The notes under the pieces are model-generated. The model saw only the letters and a program-made list of their open reading frames with translations. It was not told where the DNA came from and searched no databases. A stretch of 64,000 nucleotides of DNA from Nitrososphaera sp. UBA210 (GTDB lineage: Archaea > Thermoproteota > Nitrososphaeria > Nitrososphaerales > Nitrososphaeraceae): NCBI GenBank assembly GCA_002494895.1, contig DADA01000014.1:9375-73374 (forward strand), read 5' to 3'. A program made the translations under genes and the position numbers. Each line of letters begins with the position of its first letter. Positions within the stretch are counted from its first letter, which is position 1. Below, piece by piece: positions 44,876 to 53,775 of this stretch.

Positions 44876-45328
44876 TTGGTATCGATGGATGATACAGACC
44901 TCAAGATAATCAAGAGGCTTTTGTCAGATGCGAGAATGTCGTATAGGAAAATAGCAGATGCAATCGGTGTTTCGCCTCCGACGGTTCTTGCAAGAGTAGA
45001 AAAGCTAGAACAAAACGGAATAATCAAGTCCTATTCTGCTTTGCTCGATCATGAAAAACTAGGGTATGATCTAACGGCCGTAATAGAAATAACGGCTGCC
45101 AAAGGCAAGATCGTAGATATAGAAAGGCAAATCGCAAGGTTTCCGAACGTCTGTGCGGTTTATGATACCACCGGCTTGACGGATATGATGGTCATTGCAA
45201 AGTTCAGGAATAGAAGAGAGCTCAGCAATTTCGTTAAGAAGGATCTATCCTTGCCCTTCGTGGAAAGAACGAATACTCATCTCGTTTTGCTTACAATCAA
45301 AGAAGACTTCCGCTTGGCAGATTCCTAG
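44876..45328 (+). CDS. Lrp/AsnC-family transcriptional regulator
   Basis: DARMSYRKIA..IGVS..TV..RV.KLE..GII HTH; TTG..D effector domain. Confidence 0.93.
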   Translation: MVSMDDTDLKIIKRLLSDARMSYRKIADAIGVSPPTVLARVEKLEQNGIIKSYSALLDHEKLGYDLTAVIEITAAKGKIVDIERQIARFPNVCAVYDTTGLTDMMVIAKFRNRRELSNFVKKDLSLPFVERTNTHLVLLTIKEDFRLADS

Positions 45329-45862
45329 CAAGTTTCAGAGCTGGGTGTTCGTGCACGCAAGGTGCGAACCGCTAACCCGGAGCAGCTGCTCTCGCCGGAT
45401 TGTTTTCGCTCATCCACGCAGGAATCGCTACGAGCAGCCTGTTTTCCAAGAGAACGGCGAGCTTACGTATTGTTATTAATTGCCATTGGATTCGCTCACA
45501 GAATTAACGATTGTAACGCCAAGTGGCGCTTTTCATGGCATGTGGTAAATTATTCTTTAGAATATCTTATATCTAGCCGCTGCAAATATTGTTAACAATG
45601 TTAGAGAATTTGTCTCTGGGGTTATATCCCGTGGTTGGATTCGTCCTGACCTTACTTGCACTGGAAACAGGGTGGCACTTTGGGGTTTGCAAGCTTCACG
45701 ACAGCACAATCGCACCATGCATGTTCAAACAAGTAAAAATGTTACTTGGTTGATTATCTGAATGATGCTCAGCTTTTCCAGCGTGAGAAAATCGCCGTTA
45801 GCCGAGGCTAAAAATAAAACGGTAGCAACAAATACTCGTGCATTCACGGAGGATTATACAAC

Positions 45863-46444
45863 ATGACCATTGCGCAGACAACAATGATTGCTGCTAGCTT
45901 GGCAGTACTTATCTACGTTGCAGTCGTTGTTAGTGGCAGTTTTGTATCACAGAGCACTACTAACAATGATCCAGCTGCTTTGCGTACAGAGGCTGATTCC
46001 GCATTACAGAAACAGATGACTGCAAGTTCAGCCTATGTCCATCAATCAGACATAGGGAGGACATCCCTGACCATACTTCTTAACGGCATAACTTTGCGTA
46101 ATGACGAGTTTATTCTTCTGTTTGACTCGACACCTTATGCAAGCAGAGGGCATATAGCATTTAATTTGCCGTGTAATCCTGACAACCCAAGCGTTCCTAT
46201 ATTCCAGTTGCTTGATGGCCGAGCGCCTTTTCTGGTATCACACCCTCCTGCCTATATTCCACAAATATCCAGTCCACCGGATACTTGTCTATATCACGCT
46301 CAATTTGGCTTCGGAGATCCTGTGACGGATCTTGCATTGAAGAATGTATCTGGCGAGGAAATTACCCTCAGAGGTCCGCACACAGTAGTCATCGTAACTC
46401 ATGAATCGTATCTCCCTGAAACACCGTCTCCGTTAGGACACTGA
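45863..46444 (+). CDS. Hypothetical exported protein
   Basis: N-terminal TM; Cys pair; 193 aa. Confidence 0.7.
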   Translation: MTIAQTTMIAASLAVLIYVAVVVSGSFVSQSTTNNDPAALRTEADSALQKQMTASSAYVHQSDIGRTSLTILLNGITLRNDEFILLFDSTPYASRGHIAFNLPCNPDNPSVPIFQLLDGRAPFLVSHPPAYIPQISSPPDTCLYHAQFGFGDPVTDLALKNVSGEEITLRGPHTVVIVTHESYLPETPSPLGH

Positions 46445-46756
46445 TAAAAACGTCAAACATTCGATTCATTACAAAGCCCACTATTTTTCACCGGACCGGA
46501 AGCAAAACTCATGTCGCGGCGGTGGAAAAATAGCCTTGGCAGCATCAAAGGATTCTCACATAGGTTACTACCCATGCCGGAGGTTATGGTGAAACATGGC
46601 TGAATAATTTGTCGGAATTTAACTAATGGAGAAATGATGACCGATTATTTAACGGTATGAAGTATGTTGTCTTCAAGTTATTTTGGCTGTTACCCGCAGT
46701 CCGTTCGTGTGCTATTCAAGTTTAAATCTATACGCAGCATACTAGCCTGCAAGAGA

Positions 46757-47080
46757 ATGCCTGACCCTGAAGCCAAGCGGCTGCTCTGGTTTCTCTTTGC
46801 CGGGTCGAGGGGCGGCGAGAACAGGATCAGGATAATCGATCTCCTTAAGGATCGCCCGCATAACATGAACCAGCTGGCAGAGGCAATGGGCGTCGACTAC
46901 AAGGCGGTGCAGCACCACGTGGGGGTGCTCGAAAAGAACAACATGGTGACCAGGGTAGGGGAAAAATATGGCGTACTCTATTTTGTCTCAAACTACCTTG
47001 AAGCAAACATCGAAGCGTACAACGAAGTCAGGATGGCCATAGACAGGAAGGCAAATCTGAGTAAATCTGGAAAAAAGTAA
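46757..47080 (+). CDS. ArsR-like winged-helix regulator
   Basis: LLWFLFAGSRGGENRIRII...NQLAE...DYKAVQHH..VLE; start at MPDPEAK. Confidence 0.88.
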   Translation: MPDPEAKRLLWFLFAGSRGGENRIRIIDLLKDRPHNMNQLAEAMGVDYKAVQHHVGVLEKNNMVTRVGEKYGVLYFVSNYLEANIEAYNEVRMAIDRKANLSKSGKK

Positions 47081-47109
47081 ATAAGCCGAATTATTGCGAC
47101 TAATTATCA

Positions 47110-47430
47110 ATGGCTATGCTGATGGACGTTAGCTCCATTGTCGGCATGATAAATACCGGGATACTGGTTGCCCTGCTGGCAGTCTATGCCAACATCTACA
47201 GCAAGACCAGAGCCACATTTACGATCGGCCTCATGGTGTTTGCGGCGATGCTGATGCTTCATAACATAATAGCTGTATACGCATACTTTTCAATGGCACC
47301 GCTGTATTCTGATGCGCTCTTGCCCTACTTTGTTGGGATCCATATCGCAGAGCTAGCGGGTCTGATCGCGCTGCTAAAGGTCACCGTATGGCCTGAGGGA
47401 GTGAAGACGACTCCCAAACAAGCAAGCTAG
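47110..47430 (+). CDS. Three-TM membrane protein
   Basis: Three hydrophobic helices; directly follows the ArsR-like gene. Confidence 0.8.
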   Translation: MAMLMDVSSIVGMINTGILVALLAVYANIYSKTRATFTIGLMVFAAMLMLHNIIAVYAYFSMAPLYSDALLPYFVGIHIAELAGLIALLKVTVWPEGVKTTPKQAS

Positions 47431-47461
47431 GTAGTATTTTTCTCGTCGCGGTGTATAAATA

Positions 47462-47484
47462 GTAGTAAAGTAAGATAATACTAC
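47462..47484. promoter_or_regulatory. Inverted repeat between TATA and start of the antitoxin gene (putative operator)
   Basis: GTAGTA-N11-TACTAC just after TATAAAT. Confidence 0.4.
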
Positions 47485-47496
47485 GGGTAGGATGAG

Positions 47497-47778
47497 TTGG
47501 CGCAAGAGGCGGAAATCACAACCATGAGCGAGAAGGGTCAGGTAGTCATACCGCAGAGGATACGACGGACGCTCAAGATAAGACCAAGAACAAAGTTCGC
47601 AGTTTACGCCAGAAAAAATACAATAATAATGAAGGCATTTCAAATGCCTGACATTGAGAAAGAATTGTCAGAGATATTCAGCATTATGGACAAGAAGAAC
47701 CTGAAACTCACAGAGAAGGATGTCTACGATGAAGTCCAGGCATACAGGGCAAACAAAAGAAAACAAAAGAAATCCTGA
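47497..47778 (+). CDS. AbrB/MazE/SpoVT-family antitoxin
   Basis: TTMSEKGQVVIPQRIRRTLKI. Confidence 0.9.
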   Translation: MAQEAEITTMSEKGQVVIPQRIRRTLKIRPRTKFAVYARKNTIIMKAFQMPDIEKELSEIFSIMDKKNLKLTEKDVYDEVQAYRANKRKQKKS

Positions 47779-47945
47779 TGCTCAGAATCGTCATCGATAC
47801 TAATGTCCTGATAAGCGCCGTAATCTCGAATGGAAAACCCAGACGTCTTCTCAAATTGGCCGCACAAAACCATTTCTTGCTAATAAAGTCTGAGGACAGC
47901 ATGCGGGAATTCGCGAGAGTTTTGCGAAGACCAAAGATCTGGTAA
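47778..47945 (+). pseudogene. Truncated PIN-domain toxin
   Basis: MLRIVIDTNVLISAVI..GKPRRLL...EF.RVL.RPK, then a stop after 55 aa; TGATG coupling to the antitoxin. Confidence 0.8.
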
Positions 47946-47993
47946 AGATCTGGAACAAAGCATAAATGCAAAATTCGGGCTTTTTGACTTGAA

Positions 47994-48767
47994 TTGGTAG
48001 AGACAAGTGTCTTGGTATCTGCACTGGCAGGGGCAGGCTCGTTCTTCTCCCCATGCATATTACCAATAATCCCCGCATTTGTCTCCTACCTCTCTGGCAC
48101 TACTCTGAAAGAACTTCAGGGCGAGAACCAGCAGAATTCTGTTGGCGGCCAGTCGTCGATCACCGTAAAGCGGTCCGTCAGGCTGAACATCTTCCTCAAC
48201 ACTGTCTATTTCGTCCTCGGATTTTCATTGGTATTTGCGGTGCTTGGAGTAATACTCAACAGTGTGCTTACTAATGTCGGTACCGGATTTCAGACAACGC
48301 TGCAATCCATTGGCGGTGTGGTGATAATCGGATTTGGTGCATATCTGATACTGTCAACCAAGCTTCGCATCCTCAATTTTGAAAAGAGGATGACAAAGCT
48401 GCCAAAGTTCAAGACGACCTACATCACTTCTTTCGTCTTTGGCGCTGCCTTTGCCGCCGGGTGGACGCCATGCGTCGGCCCGATCCTTGGCACAACGTTG
48501 ACGCTTGCCGCAACTTCACCAGGCGCAGCATACAACTCGCTCCTTGCATATTCTCTGGGCCTCGGAGTGCCGTTTCTGATCACGGGCGCATTCTTTTCCC
48601 AGGCCACCAAGTTAATAGGAAAAATGGTGAAGCACCTGAAGTACTTTAACCCGGTAATGGGAGCCATCCTGATAATTCTTGGCATTCTGGTGTTCACAAA
48701 CCAGCTGAGCCTAATCGGCAACTTTCCGCTTGCCAGCGAAATAATAAACCTGGAGAGAGGAATATGA
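47994..48767 (+). CDS. ccdA: CcdA/DsbD-type membrane disulfide reductase
   Basis: FFSPCILP and GWTPCVGP. Confidence 0.92.
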   Translation: MVETSVLVSALAGAGSFFSPCILPIIPAFVSYLSGTTLKELQGENQQNSVGGQSSITVKRSVRLNIFLNTVYFVLGFSLVFAVLGVILNSVLTNVGTGFQTTLQSIGGVVIIGFGAYLILSTKLRILNFEKRMTKLPKFKTTYITSFVFGAAFAAGWTPCVGPILGTTLTLAATSPGAAYNSLLAYSLGLGVPFLITGAFFSQATKLIGKMVKHLKYFNPVMGAILIILGILVFTNQLSLIGNFPLASEIINLERGI

Positions 48768-49912
48768 ATACGGACAACCTGAGCGCTCTCGCAGTTGGCA
48801 TAGGAGTCGTGGCACTCATTGCCGGCTTTGGAGTCTACTTTAACAGTCCCAGCCTCAATACCGCGGCTTCCAGCCAGCAAGGCAATTTCGTACCATCCGA
48901 AGTTGCTCAGGAAAACGGCACGGTAACAAAGGTGCAGATAGACAAGTCACAGTTCAAGAAGGCCCCCGAGCTCGCAAGGATCAGCGGCTACATCAACACG
49001 GAGCCACTGACTCTTGCGGACCTGAAGGGCAAGGTAGTGCTTGTCGATTTTTGGACGTACAGCTGCATCAACTGCATAAGGACAATTCCGTACCTGAATG
49101 CATGGAATGAAAAATACGCGGACGAGGGCCTAGTCATCGTTGGGGTGCACACGCCGGAATTTGAGTTCGAAAAAGATTACAACAATGTAAAGGCCGCCGT
49201 CGAAAAATTCGAAATCCAGTACCCGGTCGCGCAGGACAATGACAAGGGCACTTGGAGCGCGTACGAAAACAGGTACTGGCCGCGCAAGTACCTTGTCGAT
49301 AACGAAGGATACATCAGGTACGATCACATTGGCGAAGGAGCCTACGCCGAAACAGAAAAAGTGATCCAGTCGCTGCTGGCCGAGCGCGCAGCCGCCGCCG
49401 GAGAGACGGTCAGCATCGACGGTACGGTAAGCAAGCCTGACAGCGCGCAGAGCGTTGACTTTACAAAGATAAGGACGCCAGAGCTGTACTTTGGCTATGA
49501 CTTTGCGCGAGCAAAGCTTGGCAATGCCCAGGGCTTTGAGCCTGGCAAAGTTGTGAATTATGTATTCCCGGAGGGCGCAGTACTAACGCCCAATACCATC
49601 TACTTATCGGGGGAGTGGAAGAACAACCCAGACCACATGGAGCTGCAGGGAGAAACAGGCAGGATAGTCCTGACCTACAATGCAAAGTCCGTCAACATCG
49701 TCGCGGGTGGAAAGGGAGAGCTGCACATTTCAGAAGATGGGCCGCAGCTGACAGGCGATAGCCGGGGGGCAGATGTTTCGGAAACAGGCCAGGTAGATGT
49801 CGATGGCCAGAGGCTCTACAACTTGACAATGCACGAAGATTACGGGACACACAGGATAATTATCGACGCTATCGGCAAGGGATTTCAGATATACACATTC
49901 ACTTTTGGGTAA
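48764..49912 (+). CDS. Membrane-anchored thioredoxin/redoxin with DipZ-like C-terminal domain
   Basis: DFWTYSCINC, GVHTPEF, NRYWP, GEG.Y, TPELY.G and YTFTFG. Confidence 0.9.
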   Translation: MNTDNLSALAVGIGVVALIAGFGVYFNSPSLNTAASSQQGNFVPSEVAQENGTVTKVQIDKSQFKKAPELARISGYINTEPLTLADLKGKVVLVDFWTYSCINCIRTIPYLNAWNEKYADEGLVIVGVHTPEFEFEKDYNNVKAAVEKFEIQYPVAQDNDKGTWSAYENRYWPRKYLVDNEGYIRYDHIGEGAYAETEKVIQSLLAERAAAAGETVSIDGTVSKPDSAQSVDFTKIRTPELYFGYDFARAKLGNAQGFEPGKVVNYVFPEGAVLTPNTIYLSGEWKNNPDHMELQGETGRIVLTYNAKSVNIVAGGKGELHISEDGPQLTGDSRGADVSETGQVDVDGQRLYNLTMHEDYGTHRIIIDAIGKGFQIYTFTFG

Positions 49913-50053
49913 AGCTTGCCGCACTCCACGCCATTTTTCCGGTTTTTCCCCTTTTTTAAAGCAACGGCATTAGGCACCTGTAACAGGCAATTACAGCCAT
50001 TTCTTGCCATGCATCAGCGCGTTCCTTAAGTCAAGAATGATCTCTTGAAAAAC

Positions 50054-50138
50054 CAAAGGGGGGAGCAAAGGAAGCTTTCCCGAGCATCCCGTTCTCCCTA
50101 GGCGGCACCGCTAGCCGGTGCCGCTACTCTCCCCTTTG
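50054..50138 (+). ncRNA. Candidate structured small RNA
   Basis: 12-bp closing stem and 9-bp internal hairpin; G-U pairs favour the plus strand; CTTAAG about 24 nt upstream. Confidence 0.45.
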
Positions 50139-50197
50139 ACGCTTTAATTCGCGCTTATCGATCGAAGCTGACCCGGCGCTAAAATATTCTAGCAACC

Positions 50198-50443
50198 TTA
50201 CTTTTTCTTGAAGCCAAAATAGCAGGAATGGCATAGTTCCTTGCCGTAGATGACACCCGCGTTGCCGCAGCTCGTGCAGTTCTTGTCGTGATCTATTGTG
50301 GAATCCAGAGACTTGGCCTTTTGCAGGCACTTGCCGCATATTGGGGCCGCTAGATCATAGCTGGACAAAAAGCCGGCGCCGCACTGCGTGCATTTGAGGC
50401 TGTACATCTTGCCCTTTGGTTTCCAGCGATTGAATAGTCCCAC
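50198..50443 (-). CDS. Small protein with four CxxC motifs
   Basis: CTQC, CGKC, CTSC and CHSC. Confidence 0.75.
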   Translation of the reverse strand: MGLFNRWKPKGKMYSLKCTQCGAGFLSSYDLAAPICGKCLQKAKSLDSTIDHDKNCTSCGNAGVIYGKELCHSCYFGFKKK

Positions 50444-50595
50444 GACATCCTATTGTCGCTACGGAATAATCAATGTATCGCCGATCGGATACGCTGAAAA
50501 TGAAAAGAATCTGTTTTTCGATTTGTGCCTTGTTGAATCCGGTACTACCCGACAGATACGCTGATATAGTTAGCAGCACCGCATCAACAGCGGCA

Positions 50596-51057
50596 ATGTC
50601 TGACACGAGCCAGCTCCTTGTGCGAAGGATCAAAGACGGCACAGTGATCGATCACATCGAAGCCGGCAAGGCACTTTTCGTGCTGCAGGCACTGAACATC
50701 GCCGGAAAGGAAGGAAATGTCATCACTGCTGCTCTGAACGTGCCCAGCAGTAAACACGGCAAGAAAGACATCATCAAGGTGGAGAATAGATTCCTCGAAA
50801 CATCTGAGACCAACAAACTCGCGCTGATTGCTCCGCGCGCCACAATCAACATCATACGCGACTACAAGCTGGTGGAAAAGCGCAAGATCCAGTTGCCGGA
50901 TTCAATCGTCGGGATATTCAAGTGCCCGAATTTGAAGTGCATAACGAACAGCGGAGAGGAGATCAGGTCCACAATAGACATCATTGACAAGGAAAAAGTA
51001 GTGCTCAAGTGCAGGTACTGCGCAAGGACTCTCTCTACTGACGAGCTGGTCTTTTGA
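50596..51057 (+). CDS. pyrI: Aspartate carbamoyltransferase regulatory subunit
   Basis: IKDGTVIDHI, NVPS.K.GKKDIIK, CPNLKCITN and CRYC; start at MSDTSQ. Confidence 0.95.
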   Translation: MSDTSQLLVRRIKDGTVIDHIEAGKALFVLQALNIAGKEGNVITAALNVPSSKHGKKDIIKVENRFLETSETNKLALIAPRATINIIRDYKLVEKRKIQLPDSIVGIFKCPNLKCITNSGEEIRSTIDIIDKEKVVLKCRYCARTLSTDELVF

Positions 51058-51116
51058 GTTGGCGATCAAGATGCTCGACCATCAGAACAAAGCCGGATAA
51101 TGACAACTTTACGATT

Positions 51117-51365
51117 TCACTTTGATTGATCCGACGCGTCGTCCTGCACTTTTGCCGCGAGTTTTTTTGACAACTTGTATGCGAATCCCATCGCAAGAAA
51201 AAGCGTGACGAGGCCGGCGACCATCGTTATCATTAAATTAGTTTTGACCAGGTAATGCATCACTAGGGTCACGGCGATTGCAGGCACCGAGATAACGACA
51301 GCAAGGATGGTGCTTGCTGCAAACACTCTTGTGGTGGTGACCTTCTTTGGCTTTTCGGCATCCAT
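51117..51365 (-). CDS. Small two-TM membrane protein
   Basis: Two hydrophobic helices. Confidence 0.7.
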   Translation of the reverse strand: MDAEKPKKVTTTRVFAASTILAVVISVPAIAVTLVMHYLVKTNLMITMVAGLVTLFLAMGFAYKLSKKLAAKVQDDASDQSK

Positions 51366-51431
51366 TACGCTTACTAAAAAACAGGACGTTACGTATTAAG
51401 TGTTATCTAGGGAACGAAAAATGGAAGGAAC

Positions 51432-51866
51432 CTAGTTCCATCCCATCTGGCTTTTGTAATAGTTTGCGAGCTTGGCGTGCCGTATGCGTTCGCCCGTGTT
51501 TTTCGCCTTGTCCATTTTTGCCACGTGGGATCTGTACTGGCTCAGGTCGCACATGCAGACGCCTGCAACCGGCCTGTATTTCGTCCTAGAGATTTCATGC
51601 TTTTTGTGGTCGACGTAAAATATTGGAACCTTTGTCAGAGCCATTGATGCAAGTATGCCACCTACGATCCAGTACAGCACCGGCTCTGAAATTACTGCGA
51701 AATGCGACAGCAGCAGAGGCACGAATATCGAAATCACAACTCCTGCCGGGGTGATCAACATAGACAGACCCGAAAATCGGTCGTATGGCTGGACTTCACG
51801 CTCGAATTGGTCCAGCAGCGCTTCGAGTTTTCCTTCCAATTTGTTCTCGGCGGCAACAGCATCCAT
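51432..51866 (-). CDS. Hypothetical membrane protein
   Basis: Two TM segments and a CMC motif. Confidence 0.7.
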   Translation of the reverse strand: MDAVAAENKLEGKLEALLDQFEREVQPYDRFSGLSMLITPAGVVISIFVPLLLSHFAVISEPVLYWIVGGILASMALTKVPIFYVDHKKHEISRTKYRPVAGVCMCDLSQYRSHVAKMDKAKNTGERIRHAKLANYYKSQMGWN

Positions 51867-52245
51867 TACTAAAACAGTGGCGTTACCAGCTTTATTAAGA
51901 TTGTTAGCATCCGGCTTTTTCTTACTAGCATTCTCAAGAATCGAGCGGCAATCACTCAGAATTGCAAGACTGATGTCTCATTCACATAATAAATCTAGCA
52001 TAATACGTTCAAGATACCGTCAAATACTCAATAATTTTTGCATATTGATTGTCAGAACTGAATAATCGATGCGCAATTCAATCATGACTTCATTTTATGG
52101 AATTATGATAATAGCTATGAAAACTATTTCGCATGTCAATATTAATATTTCAAATTTGGCAACGTAGGATAGAAGAGATTTGCAGTCCCAACGCCCAAAA
52201 CTGGTCTATGTCAATAATTCTCTGAACAGTCTGACTCCTGACTTT

Positions 52246-52440
52246 ATGGTAAAGTCAGCATGGGTCAGCACCGCACTCGCACTTATTCTCACACTTCCCT
52301 CGGTAGGCCTTTTCATGGGAATTCTCCAGGCGACTGACAACCTTGTCGCAGGAGTGGCAGTCGGCTTTGCTCTGCACTTTGTCCTGCTGAGCCTATCGGC
52401 AAAGATATCTTCAGCCCTGTCAAGGCTTTTTGAAGATTAG
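52246..52440 (+). CDS. Small two-TM membrane protein
   Basis: Start at MVKSAW; two hydrophobic helices. Confidence 0.65.
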   Translation: MVKSAWVSTALALILTLPSVGLFMGILQATDNLVAGVAVGFALHFVLLSLSAKISSALSRLFED

Positions 52441-52517
52441 ACTGCCTTTCACTTTTTGCGTCCAAATTTCTAAAAACTAAAATTGCTCTGGAATCTACCA
52501 GACGGTGCTGAATTGTC

Positions 52518-53570
52518 ATGAGTAAGGTCAGTATGCCAGGCAAGATCTTTGGAACCGTGCTTTCACATGGCATGAAGGGCAGGATGCTTTCGAAAAACGA
52601 GCTCCAGACGCTCGCAGAATCCCGGGACATTGAAGAGCTTGTCACGCGAATGAAAAACACGGTCTATGTTGACGCGCTTTCAAAGCTCACAAAGCCCTAC
52701 AGTGCTGAAAAAATAGAGGGCGCGCTCAGGGAGAACCTTGTAAACAGTCACGTAAAGATGGTCAGCATCGCCGGAGGCTCCGGAGTGCTGAACGCATATT
52801 TCATAAAATATATTACATGGAACTTGAAGCTCATACTGAAAGGCAAGGCGCTGGGCAAGACCTACGAGGAACTGCTTCCGAAAATAAATCTGCGAGCTGA
52901 GGAGCTTGTCGGAAGGCGAGATATCGTTGTCAAGGCCTTGGTAGCAAAGAACCTTGAAGAAGCCGTGGCTGCGCTTGCCGGGAGCGAATTTGGCGAGGAC
53001 GCTGCAAAAGCTGCGGCGGCGTACAAAGACAAGGGCGATCTCAGGCTCTTCGACACCTATATCGATCACGTGTTCTACCGCGACCTTGGGAGGGCCCTGA
53101 CCATAGAGTCGCAGTCTCCCGAAGTGAAAAGCATTGTTTCAGTTGACATTGATTCGTACAACATCATGGCCGTACTCAGGGGCAAGTACTGGGGTCTGAG
53201 CGCGACTGACATTGACGAGCTCATTGTCACGACCACTTCGAAAGTCTCCAGGGAAACTCTGCAAAAGATGATCAACATCGAAAAGGTTTCCGAAGCTCTG
53301 ACAGAGCTGGGAAACACTGTCTACAAGGACATTGTCCCACAGACTACTGCCGACGACATTAGCACGATAATGCAGCTCGAGGCAGGCTTTGAGGCTATGG
53401 AATTCAAAAAAGTCCTCAGCTCATTTAGGACCATGTTCAGCGTCGGAATAATGGTCGCAGCGATAAAGCTAATGATGATCGAAGTGAGGAACCTATCGGC
53501 GATAGCCTCCGGAGTAGAACAAAAAGTTCCGACAGAACAAATAGTCGCCAACCTGGTAAAGTCTGAATAG
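52518..53570 (+). CDS. atpC: A/V-type ATP synthase subunit C
   Basis: MKGRML, WNLKLILKGK, ID.YNI..VLRGK and EVRNL. Confidence 0.9.
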   Translation: MSKVSMPGKIFGTVLSHGMKGRMLSKNELQTLAESRDIEELVTRMKNTVYVDALSKLTKPYSAEKIEGALRENLVNSHVKMVSIAGGSGVLNAYFIKYITWNLKLILKGKALGKTYEELLPKINLRAEELVGRRDIVVKALVAKNLEEAVAALAGSEFGEDAAKAAAAYKDKGDLRLFDTYIDHVFYRDLGRALTIESQSPEVKSIVSVDIDSYNIMAVLRGKYWGLSATDIDELIVTTTSKVSRETLQKMINIEKVSEALTELGNTVYKDIVPQTTADDISTIMQLEAGFEAMEFKKVLSSFRTMFSVGIMVAAIKLMMIEVRNLSAIASGVEQKVPTEQIVANLVKSE

Positions 53571-53720
53571 CTATTGCTTGTACACATTCAGATCTTTCAG
53601 AATCTTTACCACTACTGGAACCTCTAAATCGAGCTGCAGCGCGATAAATTCTTCGGATATCCCGGACACGTAGAGATTCCTTACTATTTCCGTCGTGTCT
53701 TCGGTAATGTTGTTCTGCAT
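53571..53720 (-). CDS. 49-aa HTH-like microprotein homologous to the cyclase N-terminus (not in ORF track)
   Basis: MQNNITEDTTEIVRNLYVSGISEEFIALQLDLEVPVVVKILKDLNVYKQ; TATA-like CTTAAAT about 30 nt upstream. Confidence 0.75.
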   Translation of the reverse strand: MQNNITEDTTEIVRNLYVSGISEEFIALQLDLEVPVVVKILKDLNVYKQ

Positions 53721-53775
53721 CGGCTGACAACCAAATTTGCGTTTGAGTAATTTAAGAATTGTGTCGCTCGAAGAT

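Noticed and set aside
44552..45600. Short ORFs 44552-44818, 45195-45479 and 45362-45595, and a GCAA-loop hairpin near 45347
   Set aside because: No motifs, no convincing promoter, and only imperfect pairing
51950..52230. AT-rich intergenic tract with recurring TCAATA(A)TT as a possible replication origin
   Set aside because: No ORB-like repeats with G-strings and no cdc6/orc1 nearby; more simply a divergent promoter region
53437..53730. 97-aa minus-strand ORF from the track
   Set aside because: It overlaps atpC and is in a different frame from the better-supported 49-aa ORF at 53571-53720
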